Assembly: GCA_051453625.1 (NCBI GenBank)
Contig: JBOZIK010000001.1
Location: 29,717,871-29,757,524, forward strand
Source: Welwitschia mirabilis
Taxonomy: Eukaryota
Direction: 5' to 3'
Length of the DNA stretch: 39,654 nucleotides
Program-made: the position numbers and the translations under genes
Shown: piece after piece, positions 24,240 to 36,533 of the stretch
Position numbering within the stretch: the stretch's first letter is position 1
How the letters are laid out: each line of letters starts with the position of its first letter
Notes under the pieces: generated by a model
The model's input: only the letters and a program-made list of their open reading frames with translations
What the model was told of the DNA's origin: nothing
Database searches by the model: none

Positions 24240-27200
24240 AGCAACTAAGTAAAAACAAGGATAAAAAATGGAGGGATTAGACTAAGGAAATAAATCCCCC
24301 AGGGATTACCTTTTCTAGAATAATGTATGCTAGGAAAAATTATCTTCTAAAGAAATGGTAGTGAGAATGAGAAACCAAAGAAATTGTAAAAAGTGCTATG
24401 TGGCAAAGTAAATCTTAGCCTATGTATTAGTCTCAATGGCAATTATAGGGAGTCAGCAACCTGTGCTAATCCATGCCATGTGAGAGGATCTTTGTAAGAT
24501 CCACTTTGTGAATAATCACTAAGATTTGAACTTGACTTCTATGCAAGGATATCACCTTTAATGTGCTTGTTCTAGATCAGCATTCCACAATTTCATTGCT
24601 ACTATGTAGATTCGATAAGGTACCTATTGCTATGACTACATGAGAAAGACTAGGATTCAAAGCAACTTACAAGGACTAACTATAAGCCTTGAAGATAATA
24701 TTGTTATGATTAAAGTATGGTTATAGATCCTATTGATTTAAAAGATCAAAATGGATTTCCTAGAGAAGTGAGAATGGTGAGAGCACTAACGATAAAGGGA
24801 TCTAGTTCATAAGAGAAAAGAAATTAAAGACTAGGCTTAAATGGAAATCTGAGATGTCAATCTAACAAGGGTTAATATGTCTAACTGGGTTAGATAAAGT
24901 GAGAAAATATATGATCCTTACAATGGTTTTTGAGGCATGGAAAGGGGAGGAGGGAGGGGTGGTAATGAGGTAACAAATGGTGGAGGAAGGAAATGGTAGC
25001 AAGGTGATTCTAAAGTCATAAATAGGCTATCATTCGAGGATAAAGAGGAAGGGAAGGCAAGTAAGATCAGGAACTCAAAAGGTAAGGGATTTTAAATCAG
25101 AGAAAATGAGAAAGAATTAGGGGTTAATTCTACCTAAGAATCCCCTATAAAGACTTCTAGATCATAAGATTTCTTAGGATTACCTAGGGATTGCTAGTTA
25201 GCCTCTCTAAGCTTCTCCCTCTAAAGTTGAGCTTCAAAATGCTTTAATTTATGCTCATCCACTATAGTATCCATTTTATTTTTCTTCATTTCCTTTTTTT
25301 ATCTTCCACTAACATCCTTCATGGCTTCTTTTCTATGGTGTTATTTATTATCGTAGACTCATACACTATGGATTTTTGGGGATGTCTTCCTGAACATGAG
25401 GTAGCCATTCTTTAATGCTCTCTACCTAATTTGAAAATGAGGAATTATTCTTATCCTTGAGTAGAGTATCATCAAAGGGCTCTTATCATTTTATGTCTTA
25501 TACCTTCTCCTTTTCATGATCTTAGATACTACCTAAAATGTGACTCACAAATATGCCTATAAAATCCATGTGGACCACTATGTGCAACTTGTAATAAATA
25601 ATGATGTTAAGCTTTATTTTGAGCTTAATGGCTAGTAAATATAGGATATTGATGACATTTATATCTTCTCTTGATTTAAAGGCATAGAAAAGACAGAATT
25701 GAAATCTACAGATAATAGATATCTTAGTATCTAAAGTGAAATAATACATCAATTAGTGATGAAGTTCTAACCACAGGTCCCTAAATATGATGCATTTATG
25801 TCACAACCCATGCTTGGTTTAGACTTAAGAGGTAATTTCATTTAAGTTAATTAAATTACATGACATGATTAAACATTACAATGGATCAATTAAATTATAA
25901 CTTAGAGGCTGACCTCATAGTTATTCAAGGATATACCTCAAGAGAATTATATGATGATAGCTCACCTAAGCAACATCACATCTAATCTTAATGTTACTTA
26001 AATATCTTAATTAGAAATACATAAAATAAGTGTGTAGGTTGCAGTTAAGTGGTTAGGTACACCAACATCTAAGTAACCATGCTGACATATCCTCATCCAA
26101 AGGAGATTAGACCACATGTGGTTCTATCTTGGATCTTGTTTCCATCTTCACCAATATGCATGAGTGTAAGACAAATTAAAGTGGTCTGTATCAGTAGACA
26201 TGTGTGAAGAAATATGCATGAAAAAATGTAAGCATAATTCAAGAACTCAATATTTAACTCAATGATAGGATGGTGTCAAACTAAATCAAAATAGTACCAA
26301 ATAATATCACACACATATAAACATCTATATGCATAATAGCTCTATGTAAAAGTATAAGAGGTAATTGGTCAACAACTTTAAAGGTCATAACATCTATCCC
26401 TAATAAGGTATTCTAATGCATGAATGATGATAATACATATGCATATTAATATAAATCATATATGGGTACTTGACTATATATAGTGAATCTCTAAAGTGGT
26501 TACTTGGCCATAATCATTGAGTGGTAACCACATTTACCAAGCATAAGATACCCCTCTATTCTCCCTAGCATCTTAGTAAGAGCTAATGGAAGAAAAGCAT
26601 CATAATAGAATGTCATATAGTAAACTTATGTAAAAATGTGATTAACACACACATACATACACAAACATACATGCATGCCATTTTGGTAGATTATCTTATA
26701 GCTATTCCTTTTAGAATAAAACATAATTAATGTGATAATATGTAAATATAGTAAATGCCAAAAAGAACTAGCTCATATGCCACTACTTAAATCACTAGTC
26801 TCAATAGACTTAGCACGATAAAGTTAAAGGACAAAGATAGCTAAATAAATTCTTAATTATTTCAATGTGCGTCATAGAATAATCACTAATATTATATCAT
26901 TTTATTCACAACATAACAAACAACTACTTAAGATATTTAATTTATATGCATGATCATGTAAGAAAATACATTTAAGGATACATATCTAGAATGCATTAAG
27001 ACATACTAAAAATGACCATACTCATTAAGGAATGTGCTAAACCTGCATCACTATATAACTAAAATATGTATACATACTTACATTGAAATATGAAAACACA
27101 TACCATTATAGCAAGAGAATCCCATAACTACTTTTTTATGATGCTAACATAATATATACTTACATTGATAATAAAATAATAAAAAGGAATTCAATCATAT

Positions 27201-28300
27201 AATACCTTATGTACATATTTATTTACCTCTAAGAGCTAGTATAGCATAGTGAAATGTTAAATTATCTTAACCTTCTATTAGGTTTAAGTTGTTTTCCACC
27301 CTCATCATAATTTATATTATCAATATCTCATAAATCATTTTCACTTAATTGATGTTCTTATTAACTAGAATTGATATTAGCACCACAATTGTTTATCCTA
27401 ATGGTGGACCTTTCACATTAAGAGACTAGTATGTATATCAAAAGCTATTAATTGTAATTATTATTTCTCTAGTTTAAAACCTTAAAACTATTCCATTACA
27501 TATATTTATATTTTAATATGTATATCATAGAGGATTAATAATGTACATTTTTTTCCAAGATAATCTTAATATTATAAGCATACCTTACATAACCTAATGT
27601 GTATAATAAATCATACATTTAACTCCTAAAATAAAACATGTTTAAGTATGAAAATGGAAACATTATGATAGTCTAACTTGTGGTTACTCCTTCTTCATTC
27701 AAGGTATCATGGATTAGAACTTTTAGATGTTTTTGATACACTATGAGGCCTTAAGCATAATTAAAATTATTTGATTGAGTGGTCATGGTAGTTGTACATC
27801 TTTAACCTTTATAATGTATATATATTATGCATATGAGATAACGAAATATAATCTAATATAATACAATATTATGCATAAATATAATATAATATATTATAAT
27901 ATATGTGTAAAATTATGCATATGTATTATGTAATATAATACATATGTTTGGTATTTAGTACAATACTATAATATTAATAGATAATAACATAGTAATTAAC
28001 AATTGGACTACATCTATGTAACTTATTATACATGCTCGGATATTCATGATGATCACCTTTATTCAAACAATTGATTAGGTTCATATTGTGTATGACAACC
28101 CTTACTATAGTTATTTACTCTAAGACTTACTAATAAATCTAGAACCATATAATAAATCCATATTAATTTGTTAAAATTACCTATAGCAACACGATTATAG
28201 CTTGGTGATACCTTCGAGTTTTATTACTATTTTATTACCTAATTAATGAGTGGTTCAAATACCACTACATTAACAATGTATTATAATATGAAATAAGTGG
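24240..28300 (-). mobile_element. Possible very old LTR retrotransposon relic (decayed PBS/LTR junction plus a stop-riddled ORF-like region)
   Basis: CCTAAATATGATGCATTTA-TGTCACAACCC at ~25780-25809 resembles a reverse-complemented LTR end plus Met-PBS (GCTCTGATACCA..TGTCACGACCC). To its left is a minus-strand Pro-rich stretch (HFLPPPFVTSLPPLPPPLSMP, ~24935-24997). No diagnostic protein motif is present and the boundaries are guesses. Confidence 0.35.
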
Positions 28301-28469
28301 TTTCATCACCAATTAATGTTTAAGGGACTTTAATCTTAACATAGTAAATAATCAAATTTGTAATCCTAGTGTAATCTTAAAGGTTTTAGACTAAGAGCTC
28401 ATTAGTTGTTTTAGTTAAATATTTTATAGATTATCTCTTGTATTATATGTTTCATCTTTAAGGTGGGAA

Positions 28470-29200
28470 AAAATCTTCAAAAATATATTTAATGACTATG
28501 TTGAGAGGAAACATCAATCTATGTAGTTAATAACTCATAAAGGCATCATTTACATGTAAAATACTTATGTTAAAACAAATTATTGAAAAATGTCTAAAGA
28601 GTATTTCTTGAATCTTCTCATGTAATTATATGATTTTCTTAGTTCATGAATTACTTGGTCATCAAGGGGTTGAAATGTAGAGTTAGTATTTTATTTTCTT
28701 ATAGTATTTGTTCTATTATAAGACTACATAAAAGGGTAATTCAAAGCCCTTATGTAATCTGAAATGTTTATGCTAAGAGCCTATTCTATACCTTAGAGTT
28801 AGGATTTGTCTATATATATGCTTATTTTAAGAAAATTTATTTGCTTTGGATATGAAATTGTTAGAAACCATTGAGCCAAAACAATTTAATTCTTCCTCTT
28901 ATTAACTTTTTATGGTATGTTGTAAAAAGGACCTCATTATAAAGTTGTTTTGGATGTCATATTCCTGTAAGATTGTAATAGGTTGCAATACTAAAAATAA
29001 TGAAATGTGGGATCAATTTTCTTTTAGAGTTATATTCTTAAATTGCATTATTCATTCCATCATGTGTAGCAAATATGAAATTAGGGTGCTAACAAAAAGA
29101 ATAACTAGAGATGAAAACCAATTTGTCCTTATAAGTGACTTTTCTAGTTATTACTAAAATTTTGATTTTGTCCAAAGAATGACTAAATAGCAATACAGAG
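28470..29200 (-). pseudogene. Possible highly decayed Gypsy integrase C-terminal relic
   Basis: There are faint, frameshifted matches in the expected order: SHI..F (~29000), FLTISYPKQ for FSTAYHPQT (~28845-28868) and VNDA/YEL for INDNAYEL (~28533-28553). These are too degraded to be sure by eye. Confidence 0.3.
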
Positions 29201-32200
29201 ACTAAGCAAGAAACCCTTAATGGGCTCAGAAATTTGATAGAAGGTATTTTTAATCTAAACAAAGTCAACAAATTAAGTATGTATGCATATACAAGGAACG
29301 TTACTAAATTTAAATGTCATCCTTAATAAGAATTTAAAAACCAAACTAAATAATAAGTAAAATAAATCAAAATAATAGAAACAACCTTCCATAGAAATAC
29401 AAATAATATATAACTCTACTAAGGTAAAATGACCCTTCATATTATGGTATTCTTAGGTTAAGACACTTAAATTAATCAATGTAGCTTACATTATATCAAG
29501 AAAATTGTTAAGATCTATGATCTATCAAAAAGACTCATATACAAATCCTATTATTAAACCTTAAATAAATCCAATGCTTAACCAAACCAACAAAGAAGGT
29601 GAAAAACAAACTTTCACTTAATAGAAAACATAGATGTAAAAGGAAAAATTAGCTCTAATGCTTAACAGTAAACATTGAGTTTTGAAAATAGCCTGTTGTA
29701 TGAAGCTTATGAAAGAACAGTGAATCTGATATATAGAGTTGTAGAACTTCTTACAAGTGGGAACTGGCATAAGAAAGAATAAATGATGAAATGTAGAGGG
29801 GGAAAAAGGATTTCACCTTCATAGTAAAGCCAAGGAAAAGGATAAATGAAAAGTAATTAGAATCCCCTTTTGAACTTTAAGGTTTAAGTAACATAGTAAT
29901 GTAATAATTTTTAATACATAGGAAAGAAAGCATAGTATTCTTAAGTCATAAGGATTATGTTTCAAAGGAACTAGTAATAATTAGGGAAAAAAAAATGTTA
30001 CGCCAAGAAAATTTGAAAGAATAGATTATACAAAGACATCAAAACCAATGATAAATTCCCTATATCAAATTAAAACTATACATACAGTAATAAAAAAAAT
30101 AATAGATCAATCATACACTCATTCTCATAAAATACTTTCATTCTAGCTTTGTTTTATATTAATTGATAACTATAATTCTTTTTGTTCCATGAACAATTTC
30201 TCTTTGAAAATGTTTTCCCAACCACGTAGAGTTTGAAAGTTTTTTTAACTACAAATGATACAAAATAACCTTAAAAGAAAGAACCAATAAAGTTTTAAGG
30301 TGAAATTTCCTCCAAAATAGGATAGGTTTTGTTGAAGAATTTCCAGTTCCCTTCTATTATTCGTTGAGGATTTTTTTCTCAATGCTTTTTTTAACTTGAT
30401 GAATATTGATATCTTCATAATAATAGATAATTAATGCCTCATAATAACTAATGTTTTGATAGCATGTGTAAGGTCTCCACTTTGCACATCCCAACATAGT
30501 ATGTGTCATTGCCCTCATTGTAACCATGATATACAATGCTCTGAATAATGTACTAGCTAAGGTGTTACAATTTAATCCATTTCTTGGTTTTGATGGGTTT
30601 TTAATATCTACTACAGAATTTTTTCATCTAGTTTGGATTATATCTTCCTTACTAAATGACTCTCTTCCCTTTCCTCTTTAGTCAAGTCACTTTTACTACT
30701 AGTTCTTTTATAAGAATAATGTTGTGGCATTTCACTATGACTGTCTTACATTCCAAGTATGAATTACTTGGCTTATTCATTTCCAAAAGTAGCCATAGTT
30801 ATAGGGAGTACTGCACCTAGATCTTCTCCATATTTCGATGCACCTTTAAGTTTTTCACCTCTACATGTAAATGGGGTTTATGTTGAACAGTATAGCACAC
30901 TACAAAAAAACTCATAGTAAAATTTTAGACTTCTATGAAGTAATTGTCGATAGAAATGTCTTGAATGAAGAGAAGAGGTAATCCTTCATTAAATACTCAT
31001 ATATTTCACTCTAACTACATCCTCTAAAATATGTCTAACCAAAGTACTACATCATTTGATTAGAAGGAGGAGGCCACATTACTTATGAGTTTATTTTACA
31101 CTTGATAATGATTTAGCTATCTATACTTATTCATGTAATGAGTTATCCCCATATAAAAGTACACTCTATAAATATATGCCATATATATTCAAAATTATAA
31201 CAGCTTAGAATACAATGAGATGTCAAATCAAAACCTTTTCTTACAAGTACATCTTGAGTTAGCAGACTTTGGTATGTAATTATACAATTAAAAAATTTGA
31301 ATTTAGTATAACATTAGAGGTTCTATAAAGTCTTCCACATTAGGTTTTAATCATGTAAGTTATTCAAATGCCAATAAATCTAGTTTGATTCTTGATTATT
31401 CATGAAAGTGAATTGGTCTTAGCTACCCTTTTCTAGGGGCAAATGTTTAGATAGGATTTTTATAAGCACTTCTATTTTTCATTTTCTATTTTTCTAGAGT
31501 ATGCTCCCTATACAAGAACTATCTTCCTTCACTCCAAAAGTTCTTAATCTTTATCCAGCCATTCATCATTAAAATTTTTTAAAGTTTAGAGATCTTTTGC
31601 TTCATCACTTTGGTAGACCTCTTATAGATCAAGATGTCTCCTACTAGTATTCATCTTGCCTAAAATTCTAGATGCGTAATGATCATAGCTAAGTCCATTC
31701 TTTCTTAGTTATTTTTTGTATAGTTGATTAATTAAAGAGTTCTTTTAGATACTTCCATATTTATAGTACATGCATCTCACCCATGCCTTCTCTACTTCTG
31801 GAAGAAGTATAACAAGAAGGGATGAGGAGCTAGAATATTAAGAAACGAAATGCAAGCTAATATAATTTCACAAATTCATTAAACATAAATGATATAATGT
31901 AATATCAATAATAAATGATTAGATCTATAAGAGAGGAATCTAATCTCTTAGTAATAGGAAATAGTAAAACAACTAATGAAAAATAATCCATGGCATTTAG
32001 GGCATATGCCTTATGCTTTTATTTAATTTCAATAATACATAATAAAACTCTTTAAATATTTCCTTCATGTAAAGGCTGGAGCTTAAAAAGCCTTAACATG
32101 AAAGTTAAATCACACTGAGTAGGCACTAATTAAGCATAAAGCTGAAGTACTAAGTTAAACAACACTGAAACACTAGAATTGAGACTATCAACAACCATCA

Positions 32201-32243
32201 AAGTGGTGATGATATTGTATGGGAAAATACTAATGTTGATGCC

Positions 32244-34045
32244 TGCTGCGGTGCATATTTATGCAATGTTTTATGTCCTAAGCTAAATCCTGTTAATCAC
32301 AATTAATATGCACAAACACAACACACTAGTATATATGGGAGTAATTCGAAATGTCGTAATTCTGTCGAAGGCCAAAGTATGGAAAATAGATAGTTACTTT
32401 TATGAGAAATTGTGTAACCCTAATCTACTAAAATAAATTGAGATGCATAGAATTGAAATAAAACATGCTTATGCAAAACTAATCTAGAAAAGGAAATAAT
32501 GATACATCTAAACTAATCAAGCTTAACCTTAACAAAGNNNNNNNNNNNNNNNNNNNNNNNNNNNNNNNNNNNNNNNNNNNNNNNNNNNNNNNNNNNNNNN
32601 NNNNNNNNNNNNNNNNNNNNNNNNNNNNNNNNNNNNNNNNNNNNNNNNNNNNNNNNNNNNNNNNNNNNNNNNNNNNNNNNNNNNNNNNNNNNNNNNNNNN
32701 NNNNNNNNNNNNNNNNNNNNNNNNNNNNNNNNNNNNNNNNNNNNNNNNNNNNNNNNNNNNNNNNNNNNNNNNNNNNNNNNNNNNNNNNNNNNNNNNNNNN
32801 NNNNNNNNNNNNNNNNNNNNNNNNNNNNNNNNNNNNNNNNNNNNNNNNNNNNNNNNNNNNNNNNNNNNNNNNNNNNNNNNNNNNNNNNNNNNNNNNNNNN
32901 NNNNNNNNNNNNNNNNNNNNNNNNNNNNNNNNNNNNNNNNNNNNNNNNNNNNNNNNNNNNNNNNNNNNNNNNNNNNNNNNNNNNNNNNNNNNNNNNNNNN
33001 NNNNNNNNNNNNNNNNNNNNNNNNNNNNNNNNNNNNNNNNNNNNNNNNNNNNNNNNNNNNNNNNNNNNNNNNNNNNNNNNNNNNNNNNNNNNNNNNNNNN
33101 NNNNNNNNNNNNNNNNNNNNNNNNNNNNNNNNNNNNNNNNNNNNNNNNNNNNNNNNNNNNNNNNNNNNNNNNNNNNNNNNNNNNNNNNNNNNNNNNNNNN
33201 NNNNNNNNNNNNNNNNNNNNNNNNNNNNNNNNNNNNNNNNNNNNNNNNNNNNNNNNNNNNNNNNNNNNNNNNNNNNNNNNNNNNNNNNNNNNNNNNNNNN
33301 NNNNNNNNNNNNNNNNNNNNNNNNNNNNNNNNNNNNNNNNNNNNNNNNNNNNNNNNNNNNNNNNNNNNNNNNNNNNNNNNNNNNNNNNNNNNNNNNNNNN
33401 NNNNNNNNNNNNNNNNNNNNNNNNNNNNNNNNNNNNNNNNTTCTCCAGTCCCAAGATCTCCTGTCACGAGTATGTCAGGTACTATCGAAGATGATTAGAG
33501 ATCAAGGGGAAGACCCTTATTTATAGAAAGAAAAGGAAGGGGAACTGATAGAGAAGTATAAAAAAAACCCTAGCTAGCATGTAAAGGAAAGTCACAATAA
33601 AGTGACAACAACTCGAGAAAACATTTGGTAAAAGTATGAGAGAATAATATCATCTTTTTGATCATCCAGATGATTGAGGAGATGACAAAGACTGATAATT
33701 AGATATTTGTTTAGCTCCCAGTTTATCTGCTTGTGAACTTCATGTGAACTTATTATCAACTTGTTAGAGAGGTCATCCGCTACTGACGTTCGAATAATAA
33801 AGTGGACGACAGGCTTTTTGTCTATCTTCAGTTAGTCTGATCACTTGTTATTTGAGGGAATTATTATTCAAAATATTATTTATTCATATCTACATAAAAT
33901 GCTTATAATTTAACTAGAAATTACATGTTTTCATCCTTTTCATCCCGGTTCTCCATTATCATGAGAACTAAGCATTCATCTGTTAATTCACCTATAAAAC
34001 AACTCAAAATACCCTATCAAATACACATAAGTTAGCAGCGCAACA
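32244..34045 (-). repeat. 3' LTR of element B (about 1.8 kb including a 903-N gap)
   Basis: Element-strand termini are TGTTGCG...CGCAGCA. 32244-32487 is collinear with 39410-39654 (86 of the first 100 nt identical by manual count). A TATAAATA lies on the minus strand at ~33518-33525. Confidence 0.88.
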
Positions 34046-36533
34046 TAGCCTCCTACTTAGTCTTGTTAGTCCCTGATAAAACTAGGTGGTAAACCATGTT
34101 TATGAGTTAACTTTTAGATAACAAGAACAGCTAGGATATATAAAAAAAAGCATCTAAAAAAGATTTGTAATATAGACTAACAATAGACTGAATTTCTAGA
34201 AAATTCAAAAACTGATCAAATATACCTACTAAGTTACTCTTCTGGTATTTCGTCCAAATGATAATGGGGACAATAGGCTCCTCAAAATATTTTCAAAACT
34301 AGAACCTATAATAGAAATGAAATTTTTCATTAATTACATAATACTAATAAACAGCCCCCTACTATGATAAACAGTTAGATAAAAAGAGAATCATGTAAAC
34401 ATCGATGTATTCTTGTAGCTGGTTTGGAAGGAGGATCTGCAATAATTATTCATAAATTTTCAAAAATATTCAAAGAAATACTGAAAATATAAGTGTCTTG
34501 TCCCCTACTTAAAATATGCAATGCATCCCGAATTGTCTAAAAATAAAAAAATGGGTAAAGTCATAGAAAAAGAAGAAAATGCCAAAATGACTAAAAAACA
34601 GGAGACATAAAAATAGAAGAAAAGTAGAGGGAAAATGGACACAAGGAACAAAGATAAGATTGTTTATCTATTGTAAGTTCTAACCTAGCAAACTTCAAAG
34701 GAAAATATTATAACATTACTTAAGTAAAAATGCATAACAAAATGTGGGAACTCTATAAAGTTTATTCGAAAAGGCGGTGGTGATGATGATATCCTAAGTG
34801 TCAAGTGTGTAGAACAATGAAGATCAAAATCAAAAGGTACTTAGAAATGGACTCATCTATTTCTACCTACAAACTCACCGAAATCTTCAAAAGTGAAATG
34901 NNNNNNNNNNNNNNNNNNNNNNNNNNNNNNNNNNNNNNNNNNNNNNNNNNNNNNNNNNNNNNNNNNNNNNNNNNNNNNNNNNNNNNNNNNNNNNNNNNNN
35001 NNNNNNNNNNNNNNNNNNNNNNNNNNNNNNNNNNNNNNNNNNNNNNNNNNNNNNNNNNNNNNNNNNNNNNNNNNNNNNNNNNNNNNNNNNNNNNNNNNNN
35101 NNNNNNNNNNNNNNNNNNNNNNNNNNNNNNNNNNNNNNNNNNNNNNNNNNNNNNNNNNNNNNNNNNNNNNNNNNNNNNNNNNNNNNNNNNNNNNNNNNNN
35201 NNNNNNNNNNNNNNNNNNNNNNNNNNNNNNNNNNNNNNNNNNNNNNNNNNNNNNNNNNNNNNNNNNNNNNNNNNNNNNNNNNNNNNNNNNNNNNNNNNNN
35301 NNNNNNNNNNNNNNNNNNNNNNNNNNNNNNNNNNNNNNNNNNNNNNNNNNNNNNNNNNNNNNNNNNNNNNNNNNNNNNNNNNNNNNNNNNNNNNNNNNTA
35401 ACTATCATATTACACTACCAAAGGCTCCTCTTAGAAATATTTGCCCCAGTTTACTTGTAGTAGGACATTATGTTTGTTACTTTTTTTTTTTTGAACACAA
35501 AAAGGATTCCCACATAATTACACACTTAAGAAAGACAAAGGTGAATAAGTAAGATAAAAGATAGAAAAGAACAGTCCTCGATAACTTAATAGTTAATCAC
35601 CATTAAAAAAACAACACAATAAATAAGGTATCTTCTTGTAAATACAGTCCATAGACATGGGAATGTATCAAGATTGGATGAATTCAATATTACCACTTAT
35701 AAATGCCCAAGTATAAAACTAAACATGATACTTCATAGAGTAATACACAAGTCAAGGTTAAAAGACAATCAGGTAAAGTGATAATTTTTAACTAAACAAG
35801 TAGGCTAATAAAGAACTTAGACAATGATAGGAAGGAAGTCCTCTTCAGTGAGGGGAATTTCCAAAACAAGTACTTCTACTATGTTCACAGTTATGTCTAA
35901 AAATCCTCATGTCATTTCAACCANNNNNNNNNNNNNNNNNNNNNNNNNNNNNNNNNNNNNNNNNNNNNNNNNNNNNNNNNNNNNNNNNNNNNNNNNNNNN
36001 NNNNNNNNNNNNNNNNNNNNNNNNNNNNNNNNNNNNNNNNNNNNNNNNNNNNNNNNNNNNNNNNNNNNNNNNNNNNNNNNNNNNNNNNNNNNNNNNNNNN
36101 NNNNNNNNNNNNNNNNNNNNNNNNNNNNNNNNNNNNNNNNNNNNNNNNNNNNNNNNNNNNNNNNNNNNNNNNNNNNNNNNNNNNNNNNNNNNNNNNNNNN
36201 NNNNNNNNNNNNNNNNNNNNNNNNNNNNNNNNNNNNNNNNNNNNNNNNNNNNNNNNNNNNNNNNNNNNNNNNNNNNNNNNNNNNNNNNNNNNNNNNNNNN
36301 NNNNNNNNNNNNNNNNNNNNNNNNNNNNNNNNNNNNNNNNNNNNNNNNNNNNNNNNNNNNNNNNNNNNNNNNNNNNNNNNNNNNNNNNNNNNNNNNNNNN
36401 NNNNNNNNNNNNNNNNNNNNNNNNNNNNNNNNNNNNNNNNNNNNNNNNNNNNNNNNNNNNNNNNNNNNNNNNNNNNNNNNNNNNNNNNNNNNNNNNNNNN
36501 NNNNNNNNNNNNNNNNNNNNNNNNNNNNNNNNN

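Noticed and set aside
27830-27945. TA-rich low-complexity stretch with self-complementarity
   Set aside because: It is ordinary decayed AT microsatellite-like sequence, and hairpins are expected by chance.
25522-29271. Short ORFs 25522-25752, 28912-29157 and 29089-29271 (likewise 4379-4576, 14129-14353, 15235-15435, 38273-38554, 39134-39367)
   Set aside because: They have AT-biased composition and no recognisable domains, and several are antisense to or inside retrotransposon sequence.
30400-31900. Possible gag relic on the minus strand continuing the 28.5-29.2 kb integrase-like traces
   Set aside because: No motif is clear enough to call by eye, and an HMM search is needed.
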